DNA of 64,000 bases from positions 173,352,001-173,416,000 of the forward strand of contig OX597814.1 in the NCBI GenBank assembly GCA_951406725.2. The letters are read 5' to 3'. This DNA comes from Octopus vulgaris (lineage: Eukaryota). The translations under genes were made by a program, and so were the position numbers. Shown piece after piece: positions 53,536-64,000 of the stretch (positions within the stretch are counted from its first letter, which is position 1; each line of letters begins with the position of its first letter). Below the pieces are notes generated by a model. It searched no databases. It was given only the letters and a program-made list of their open reading frames with translations, and was not told the origin of the DNA.

Positions 53536-54574
53536 CGGCGGCGGCGGCGATGGTGGTGGTGGTGGTGGTGGTGGTGGTGGTGGCAGCGACTGCAGTTGTT
53601 GGTAGTTGTAGAAAAAACAGACAGACAGAGCAGTCAGACAGAGCAGTCAGACAGATCAACAGACAGAGAGGTAGGAGGTAGTCAAAGCGAAACATACCAT
53701 TTTTTTTTATTTCTCACCGACCAGGGCGAATATTTTGAGATTTTTTTCTTTCATTTTTTTTTTCTTTTTCTATTTATCCAGTATTTATTCATGTTTTTAT
53801 TCTTATTTATTTATTGTTGATCGTTTTTGTCTTTCCCCCTTTCTGAATTCGTGAATTTTATTCATACATTTATTTATTTATATATTTATTTATTTGGCAG
53901 GAGAAAAAAATAGAAGTAAATATGCGACGGCTATCATCTTTTACTTGAAAAAAAGTGTATAAAAAGACTCGCATACCCTTTGCTCTAACTGATTCTATCA
54001 AGAAACAGAGAATTTCTCCGTTCTAAGCAAACTAGATTTATCTATTTATTTATTTATTTATTTATTTATCTATTTATTTATATATTTATTTATGCGTATA
54101 CGTATATGTGTGAGTTTTTTTTTTAATTTTTGTTCGTTTATACATATATTTATAAAGGGATGGATGGATGGATGGATGGATGGATGGATGGATAGATATG
54201 AAAGACTATATTTTTGCGTAGATATACACATATGTGTGTGTGTATGTGTGAGACTGATTGCGTTTGTGTGCGAGCTTGTGAGTTTGTATATGTATATGTG
54301 TATGGCATGTGCTACGTATATGTATATTTTTGTATACATATATATATGTATATGTATGCATATATATATATATATATATATGTATACATGTGTCTGGGAT
54401 CTTTTCCTTTTGATGGACGGAATTTTCTAGTTAACTAAACAATTTGAAACTTCGTATACTGGTAGAATGTGTCAAAAGAAAACATTATTGTAAACAAAAT
54501 TGAAAACAAAATTATAATTTCTAAGTTTAACGTAGTTTAATTCTACGAATTTTAACCAATGAGATCCCAGCATT

Positions 54575-54721
54575 TGAGCCGAGGTCGAATTTGCCTTTCA
54601 TCCTTTCGGGGTCGATAAATTATGTACCAGTTATGCACTGGGGTCGATGTAATCGATTTATCCCTTTGTCAGTCCTTGTTTGTCCCTCTATGTTTAGCCC
54701 CTTGTGGGCAATAAAGAAATA

Positions 54722-54722
<1 letters not shown>
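54575..54722 (+). mobile_element. SINE family B, 3' part
   Basis: GCCTTTCATCCTTTCGGGGTCGATAAATT...GTGGGCAATAAAGAAAT; another partial copy at 57790-57895. Confidence 0.85.
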
Positions 54723-54766
<44 letters not shown>

Positions 54767-55412
54767 TGTGTGCGTGTGTACACACAAACGCACATATATT
54801 TACATATATGCTTGAGTTAACGGTTAAGGAATTCACTTCGATACCACGGCGTCTCGAGTTCGATCCCAATGCTTGCAATTTCACCAAATGGGATTTCTAT
54901 AGCCTTGCGTGAGAAATTGCGCACTCGGAAACCGCATACCCCGTATCACGCATTATGTCACTCTGATTATACAAGATAATTGAGTTAAGGATGTCTACAG
55001 AACGCTCAACCATTCACACGTTTATTGAAGAGCAGATCGATCGACTTAATCTTCATCGTCGAACGACAAAGATTCACTACCATTCTATGATCTAATTATG
55101 TTTTGTGGTGCTGTGTGTGTCTGTGTGTCTGTGTGTAATAATTATATTTGTCGAAGGATTTGTACGTATCCATACATCTATATGATATATATATATGTGT
55201 GTGTATGTATGTATGTATGTATGTATGTATGTATGTATGTATGTATGTATGTATGTATGTATGTATGTATGTATGTATGTATGTATGTATGCATGCATGT
55301 ATATGTAAATTTTATTGGTAATATACATACATGCATACATGCATGTGTACACGTGAATGTATGAGTTAATGTTGCTTGACTACCTCTAAGTTTTAGTTTA
55401 TATTACTGTTTC

Positions 55413-55488
<76 letters not shown>

Positions 55489-55504
55489 CTATTATTATTA
55501 TTAT

Positions 55505-55980
55505 TTACTCTTACTCTTTTTACTCTTTTTTACTCTTTTACTCGTTTCAGTCATTTGACTGCGGCCACGCTGAAGCGCTGCCTTTAGTCGAGCAAATCGA
55601 CCCCAGGATTTATTCTTTGTAAGCCTAGTACTTATTCTATCGGTCTCTTTTGCTGAACCGCTAGGTTACTGGGACGTAAGCACACCAGCATCGTTTGTCA
55701 CGCAATGTTGTGGGGTACAAACACAGACACACACATATACATATACATATACATATATACGACGGCGTCTTTCAGTTTCCGTCTACCAAATCCACTCACA
55801 AGGCTTTGGTCGGCCCGAGACTATAGTAGAAGATAGAAGACACTTGCCCAAGGTGCCACGCAGTGGGACTAAACCTGGAACTATGTGGTTGGTAAGCAAG
55901 CTACTTTATTTCATTAAGATTTGCCATTAAGATTTGCCATAAAGTAAGCAAGCTACTTACCACACAGCCACTCCTGCGCC
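55505..55980 (-). mobile_element. SINE family A, full length, with a 37-bp insertion in the tRNA head
   Basis: Flanked by (TAA)n/(TTA)n; GTAAGCAAGCTACTT duplicated at 55892-55906 and 55944-55958. Confidence 0.9.
55907..55943 (-). mobile_element. Extremely 5'-truncated retroposon 3' end at the same SINE site as 10665-12749
   Basis: Minus strand TTTATGGCAAATCTTAATGGCAAATCTTAATGAAATA versus ...TATGATGACAAATTTTATGAAATA; 15-bp TSD. Confidence 0.75.
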
Positions 55981-55982
55981 TA

Positions 55983-56136
<154 letters not shown>

Positions 56137-56724
56137 CATCATCATCATTATTTTTATTATTATCCTCTTCATCATCATCATCGTCATTATTATTATCTTG
56201 ATAGAGAGATGGAGAATTTGTTTTCAAGTTTATGTTTACGTCATGTTTCTTTGGTATTCATTGGCAGCTGATAGTTTTTTTAAGTTGTTTCTGTACAGTA
56301 CATTGAAGAGGATGAAGAGGAGGAGCAGGAGAAGGCAGAGGAGAAGAAGGTTGAGGAGACGAATGAGGGGAAGTCGAATTATAAATATACAATATATTTA
56401 AACTGCGAGCTATTTTTATTTTTATTTTCATTTATCGTTTTAGTCATTTCCTATTAATATTAATAGTTTTAATTTATATTTTTCAATTGTTTTATTCATA
56501 TTACGCGTTTCCACTGAGCAATCGCCTACAACTATGTGTTCCTAAGATAGTGCAGAGTTTTGTGTGGTTCTTTTTCTTATTACTTTAATTTTTTTATTTT
56601 TTATTTTACCACTGAACAAATATGTGGGCACTGCTTAGTTGCACAGTTTTCTCCGTTGAAGTGTATATTAAAAATCTTAGGGGTTCTGTATAATAAATCC
56701 TGATATTCCTATATCATAAATGCT

Positions 56725-57130
56725 CTCTTTACTCTTTTTACTCTTTTACTTGTTTCAGTCATTTGACTGCGGCCATGCTGGAGCACCACCTTTAGTCGAG
56801 CAAATCGACCCCGGGACTTATTCTTTGCAAGCCCAGTACTTATTCTATCGGTACCTTTTGCCGAACCGCTAAGTGACGGGGATGTAAACACACCAGCATC
56901 GGTTGTCAAGCAATGCTAGGGGGACAAACACAGACACACAAACACACACATACATATATATACATATATACGACAGGCTTCTTTCAGTCTCCGTCTACCA
57001 AATCCACTCACAAGGCATTGGTCAGCCCGGGGCTATAGCAGAAGACACTTGCCCAAGATGCCACGCAGTAGGACTGAACCCGGAACCATGTGGTTGGTTA
57101 GCAAGCTACTTACCACACAGCCACTCCTGC
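56725..57130 (-). mobile_element. SINE family A, full length
   Basis: Aligns to other copies; head uninterrupted. Confidence 0.9.
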
Positions 57131-57149
57131 TGATGTTAATTTTTTTAAG

Positions 57150-57480
57150 ATTTGTTCACATGCTTTCTTTTAAGACATGTTATTAGAATTGTTTCTATTT
57201 TTAATCTTCCCTGTCTTATCTCTATTTTTAAATCCTAATATTTGGTTGATTTTTTTCCATTCCTTTGACAGATACACAGTCGCCGCCTATTGGTGCTGAT
57301 AATTCGATCAGATGACACTTCTCTTTCTGGTTCTTGAAACAATATCCAATTGACTGACCTTGTTCTCATTGACTGTGTAGATTGGCGTACCTCAGAGTAT
57401 GGATGCTTTGTCATTCTCTGAGCTTTTTGTCAGGTATATGGCTTAAAAGCCTCTTTTCTCTTAGTTATTTCAAAATACTG
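57150..57480 (-). pseudogene. Decayed R4/Dong-like RLE fragment
   Basis: Minus-strand pieces DKASIL, LDIV, HLIELSAP, VSVKGMEK, DLKIEI. Confidence 0.5.
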
Positions 57481-58069
57481 CGACAACTTACTGTGTCTGA
57501 AAGTACCGAATCTGTTATGCCTGTAGACATATTATAAGTGCAGGCATGCCTGTGTGGCTAATGAAGCTTGCTTTGCCACCACATGCGAGTCACTCAGCAC
57601 AAGTGTCTACTACTATAACCTCGGACCGATCAATGATTCATGAGTGAATTTGGTGGACAGAAACTGTGTGAAATCCGGAAAGCGTAGTGTGTTATGTGGT
57701 CAGTTTAATGGTATTGTCCATGTCACAGGGGTCAGAAGTTAGAGGCTAACCGCTATTTAATAGATATAAAAGGAGTTGGCGGAAATAAAAGTACCAGGTA
57801 CGTACTGAGGTCGATGTAATCGACTTAATCCCTTTGTCTGTCCTTGTTTGTCCCCTCTATGTTTCGCCCCTTGTGGGCAATAAAGAAATAAGAAATAACT
57901 TAAATTAAACCTGTTAGGGGAAATTTAATACAAAAATATATCAATGAAAGAAAAATTAGGTAAAACCTTAGTGCGATCTTATCATTGTTACTTATTGTTA
58001 CTTACTGTATATCACTGGCGTGATGAAACGGCTGTAAGAATTTAGTATTTGTACATACATCTATTAATC

Positions 58070-58109
<40 letters not shown>

Positions 58110-58577
58110 ACTTAATTCATTCGTTTACGTGAATCACTTACACATATGGTTGCAATCAATAAATAAATAGATATAATTGAATGTTTACTGCCTGATGTTT
58201 GTTGATTGTTTATCCTCTCCATTTGCCTTATAAATCCTGGGTAAATTTATAATTTACCTCCACCCATACCTAGTATTCAATTGTGATATTGCCATGGAAT
58301 AGTAAGCACTTGGTTATAAATACGTAGGTACACTTCCAGTAGCATATTGGATAATTAATATACCTCAGATGGTTTCTTAACCTCAAACTCATATAGACAC
58401 ACACACACACATACACACACACACACATACACACACACATATATATATTTCTTCTTTTCTTTTTATTTTATTTCTTATGATATATATATATACATACATA
58501 TATATATATATATATACATATATATCTTTATATATATATACACATATATATATCTTTATATATATATATATACATCT

Positions 58578-58608
<31 letters not shown>

Positions 58609-58614
58609 GTATAT

Positions 58615-58780
58615 ACGACGGGCTTCCTTCGGTTTCCGTCTACCAAATCCACTCACAAGGTTTTCGTCGGCTCAATGCTATGGTAGAAGACACTTGCCCA
58701 AGGTGGCACATAGTAGGAGACTGAACCCGGAACCATGTGGTTGGTAAGCAAGCTACTGATCACACAGTCACTTCTGCGCT
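58615..58780 (-). mobile_element. SINE family A, 5' half
   Basis: ACGACGGGCTTCC...GGTAAGCAAGCTACT. Confidence 0.85.
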
Positions 58781-58783
58781 TAA

Positions 58784-58834
<51 letters not shown>

Positions 58835-58849
58835 CACATATATATATTT

Positions 58850-58949
<100 letters not shown>

Positions 58950-59079
58950 GTATATATATACTTATATATATACATATATATATGTACACATATATATCTG
59001 CATCTATATATATATACTTACATTAACGGAGTTTTGATGTGTGCATCTGTGTGTAATCTGCGAAACAAACAACAGCAGC

Positions 59080-59183
<104 letters not shown>

Positions 59184-59778
59184 AAGAAGAAGAAGAATGA
59201 TGATAATAATAATAATAATAAAATCAAAGTTATTGAGTTAAAGCCAAAAAGACCAGCAATTAGCTGTGGCACTCTTCCAGAAAAAGAGAGAACTTTCAAA
59301 AGAAGTTCAACGAAGCAAGCACCAAGAGAAACAAAAAGAAACTGAAGAAAGGGGAAAGAAGAGGAAGAAAGACTATGTTAAATAAAAATAGTAAAAAAAA
59401 AAAGAAATATTAAAGATACAAGTGACAAGAAACAAGGAAAGAGAGACACGTGAAAAAAAATGGGGAAGACTGAAAAACAAAAATAGCCAGGAAAAAAAAT
59501 GAGGCAGATGAAAACAGATGGGGTGGGGAATAGTGAAAGAAGCAAAGAAGAAAAAAAGAAAAAAGTGTCAATGAGAACGAATGAGAAGATGAAGAAAAGA
59601 AAAGATGATATAATGAGAGATAAAAGGAGAAAATGAGTTGCACAAGAGGGGGAAACGAGTTAGGCCAAAAGAATGATGGAATGACACAAATGGAATAGAA
59701 TGAATGAATGAATGAATGAATGAAATAGGAAGAGTAAAGAATTAGAGATATCATCATCATCATCATCATCATCAACAA

Positions 59779-59831
<53 letters not shown>

Positions 59832-60506
59832 ACATCATCATCATCATCATCATCATTATTATTATTATTAGTGTTTTTGTTGTTGTTGCCATGGACGCAC
59901 ACGTTTATAGAACTCCTGCTTCTAAGCATTTTCATGGCATTTTTCACGGATTACTTGAAAAAAAAAAAAAAGGATTTTTGTTCATTTTTCATTCTGGGCT
60001 CTTGACAAGTAACTTTTTGGGGGATTATTTAACCTTCACCACATTTTCTTCAGCTGGAAAAAGGTTTTTGTCTGGATATTTTACTTTTTACTCTGAACAT
60101 TTCTACCGGGGAGCCATTTATAGATTTGTTCACGTTTAAAAATTACTCTATCAATGGGAGAAGAAATAGACATTCGTCACAATGCTGGTAGCAACGGTGG
60201 TGGAAAACGAAAAAAAAATAATAATAATAAAACACACCCACCTTTTTTTTTTTTTTAGACACGAAAGCAGACAATTTGACAACGAAACAAATACTCAGAC
60301 TTGCACGCACAAACATTCACAGACTAACTTTAAAAAGAAGAATCTGCTATAAACGGTAACTTAATTTAAAAACATTAACGACATCACCGTCAGCAACTCA
60401 TCATTTTTGCTGACGTTGTGAGTTCTAGGAACTCATTATAAGAGCCGATTCCATATGTGAAAGAAAAAATATCATGCTTCGATACAAGAGGGTTTTACCC
60501 AAGTAA

Positions 60507-60892
60507 GGAGGCGCAATGGCCTAGTGGTTAGGGCAGCAGACTCGTGGTCATAGGATCGCGGTTTCGATTCCCAGACCGGGCGTTGTGAGTGTTTATTGAG
60601 CGAAAACACCTAAAGCTCCACGAGGTTCCGGCAGGAGATGGTGGTGATCCCTGCTGTACTCTTTCACCACAACTTTCTCTCACTCTTACTTCCTGTTTCT
60701 GTTGTTCCTGTATTTCAAAGGGCCGGCCTTGTCACTCTCTGTGTCACGCTGAATATCCCCGAGAACTACGTTAAGGGTACACGTGTCTGTGGAGTGCTCA
60801 GCCACTTACACGTTAATTTCACGAGCAGGCTGTTCCGTTGATTCGGATCAACTGGAACCCTCATCGTCGTAACCGACGGAGTGCTTCCACAC
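60507..60892 (+). mobile_element. SINE family C (tail type 1), full length with TSD
   Basis: A box TGGCCTAGTGG, B box GTTTCGATTCC; ACCCAAGTAAGGAG repeated at 60497-60510 and 60893-60906. Confidence 0.92.
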
Positions 60893-61211
60893 ACCCAAGT
60901 AAGGAGAGGTGGGAAGTTGCATTCCTCTGTGATGTTAATACCAAGGAGAGATTCCAGTAACCACGAACAAAAGTTGGAGAAAGTTCTAGTTGACGTGTAA
61001 GAGGATATAATGCTTCTTCGACTGAGCCAGGTCATATGGAAGTGTGTGCTTGGAGTCGATGTATTCGACTATATCCCTACCTCCAAAATGTCAGGGTTTG
61101 TGTCTGTTGTAGAAAGATTATTGTTATTATTTTGGTTTGGCTCAGGTTCGGTCTTATTCCTGGTAGGAATTATGTGGATAGCTGGTTTTTTATTATTATT
61201 ATTATTATTAT

Positions 61212-61249
<38 letters not shown>

Positions 61250-61443
61250 TTATTATTATTATTATTAAGGTGGCGAGATGCCAGAATCGTTAGTACGCCG
61301 GGTAAAATGCTTAGCGGCATTTCACTGTCTTTATGTTCTAAGTTCAAATGCCACCAAGGCATGATACCACTCCAATCATTTAAAATCAAAAGTCATGAGA
61401 GCCACTGCTTAGTACTGCATCAGAGCATTTATCATTATTATTA

Positions 61444-61529
<86 letters not shown>

Positions 61530-61544
61530 TTCATTATTATTATT

Positions 61545-62250
61545 ATATGTTTGACTTTTGCTTTACATTTGTACAAGTTGGCTCGAAGTTTCACCCAGAG
61601 ACCTCAAGAGACAACAAGTTGGAAGTTCATGTTGGTGTTATGCCTAGGGTGCCATATATTTGGTTTTGTACTTAGTGTTGTACTAGTGAATGTCTAAAAA
61701 AAAACATACGAAAATTGTGTTTGTTTTAAAACTTGAGATTATATAGAAAGTATTTTGCGTAGGATATGAGCAGTTCCCATGAGCACTATCTTTTGAATTT
61801 CAGCCATTTTGGGGTTTCCTGGTATCTGAGTTAGGTAGAAATCAGCCCCTTTTGCTATCATTCCTAGGGTACCCATAACAACAGGTATTGTTTTAGGGTT
61901 CAGATTCCACATTTTGTTAATTTCTATTTCAAGATCTTTATACTTGTTCAGTTTTTGGTAGGTCTTGACAGATACGTTTATATCGATTGGGACAGTCATA
62001 TCAATGAGGAGGCATGATCTTTGTCTGAAGTCTTTCAATATAATGCCTGGCCTATTTGCATCTGTGTTTCTGTCAGTTTCAATGGTGAAGTTCCAGAGGA
62101 GTAAGATGTAATCATTTTGAAGCACTGGAGGTAGTTTGTGTTCCCACCAGTTTTTATCATGGAGCAGGTCCAGGATTTTGGAAATTACCCAGTGAATATA
62201 TGCCTGTTGAGATACTCTGTAGGCGCAAGAAGACAGCATGATCCATGGTT
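61545..62250 (-). mobile_element. R4/Dong-clade retrotransposon 3' end with restriction-like endonuclease domain, ending in (TAA)n
   Basis: YIHW...WWEHK...LLWNFTIETDR..DANRPGII...CLLIDMTVP...K..KYKDL...IPVVMGTLG...QKIVLMGTAHILRKIL; 3' UTR runs into (AAT)n. Confidence 0.88.
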
Positions 62251-62274
62251 TCCTTTTGTTGTTAACATATTATT

Positions 62275-62327
<53 letters not shown>

Positions 62328-64000
62328 CTTCATCATCATCATCACCACCACCACCACCACCACCACCATCACCATCATCATCATCATCATTACTACTACT
62401 ACTACTACTACTACTGTTGTTGTTGTTATCAATCTTGGTAGGGATTAAAATTCAGAATGTAGACTAGCACAGCTAAATACCGCCGTTTATTTCGTCTAAG
62501 GCCGTAGCATTTCTACCGATCTATTGCCATAATACAGAGTGATTATATTCGTTATAGGCTGCACCATTTGTTCATTCATAATTTCGTAAGTGACCGATTG
62601 GTTCACATTTTGATGAGGAGCTTCTAAATAGTCATCCCGTGACTAGCCGATTATTTATTGTCGGACAACTGTTACTGCATGAAGGAATGAACCAGCTATC
62701 ATCCGACTCCGATCATTCGCCGCTTCCCTTTAGTCTTTCCCCGACTTATGGCATGAAAGAAGTGGTGTAATTGTGATGTATCGCCACGGTGGGGCACCGT
62801 CGTTCGTTTTGTTACATTTTCATTAATCCTCCTTTTATAGTTGGCATTTTGTGAATGAACGAGTTTGATGTTCCATTTGTATTTCCTTCCCTGAAGCTGG
62901 CCCAACCGGGTCTCTTGGCAGTAGGAGATCCAGTCCTATTTTAAAGACATCTATGTCCACCCCATGTGGATCCTTGAATTCTAAGTTATTACAGTGTCTG
63001 GTTCTGTAATTTCATGGCAAAAATGGGATTTTTTACTCTACGGTTTGGTACCTTGTTCTGGTGCAAGTCTTCAATGACGGGCAAAAGAGAACTCTTTGAT
63101 TAAACTGAAAAGTCATTGAATTATGAGACACCCTCTAAACAAGTTTAGATACTTTTTCTAGTTCGCGAAATGTTTTTATGGTCGGTGTGTGACATAAATT
63201 GTTCTGTTTTGTTAATTCTCGCGCAGTTTACTGTCGATTTTTTCCTCCACCACGGTTTCTAGAAGCTTAATACTTAGTAAATTGATATCGTCCACATTGA
63301 GAGGAATCTGCGGGAGAAAAATTTCCCCTGAGCGAAACTCATCAAAACATCGTTGACATCTCAGCACACTTGAAACTTCATTTCAATAAACAGAGTGAAA
63401 AATTTCTTGACGCTTCGTGCTGGAGAGCCTCTTTTGAATTTATACAGCGTGTAGTGTGTCTGATATGAGCCTGATCTAAACTCATTTTAAAAGTGTGAAA
63501 TAGATTCGAATTTAACCACTATATTATAACGTATTCTACAAAAAAAAAAAGAGAGAGAGAGAGAGAAAGCTGTAAAAACGCTATAAAAATTAATGCTTAT
63601 TTTACTGCAAGTAGTAAAAAACTATCTTCAAAGTGATCATGCCAAAAATGCGACAGGAGTTGTTTTCCGACCTAATATACGAAGAGTGAGAGTGGGGAGG
63701 AGAAAGAGATAATGGTTAGCAACGAAATGTACATCTGGCTTTCATTAGAACACAACAGTTTCAGCATAAACCAAGTAAAACAGAAATAATAACAAATGAA
63801 ACAAAGTAAAATGCGAGATTTGCCTCTTCAAGGAGTTTCATTCTTTTTCGCGTGTTACGCAGTCTTTTTTCTATCTTCACTTCTAGATTATAGACATCCC
63901 GCGTTAGTATATTCTTTTTTTCTGTCGAAACAAAACTAATATTGAGCACGTAATCAGAAGCAAATTGGTATTGTTCTAAAGGGAAGAGTAGAAAATTGTT

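Overview
AT-rich eukaryotic window saturated with microsatellites ((TA)n, (TG)n, (TATG)n, (GATA)n, (TAA)n). The repeat content suggests a cephalopod, probably Octopus (inference). I recognise no host protein-coding exon, and almost all listed ORFs are microsatellite translation artefacts. The recognisable content is transposable elements: at least four tRNA-derived SINE families (labelled A-D here), a young 5'-truncated CR1/L2-group LINE with an open RT frame, a Tx1-like LINE 3' end inside (GATA)n, several R4/Dong-like fragments, Penelope-like (PLE) coding remnants, a hAT-type MITE and many fold-back inserts in (TA)n. Three signals stand out. (1) Two independent insertions with homologous 3' ends sit at the same nucleotide of the family-A SINE tRNA head with the same 15-bp TSD; one is a 2.1-kb ORF1-only element with a CCHC zinc knuckle, the other is 37 bp. 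This suggests a SINE-targeting site-specific retroposon. (2) A tRNA-headed element ends in a minimal hammerhead ribozyme and is preceded by an inverted partial copy of itself, the geometry of PLE insertions. (3) At least six further type I hammerhead-like motifs with palindromic short stem III lie in short inserts within microsatellites. All calls were made by eye; family names and ribozyme activity need database searches and experiments.
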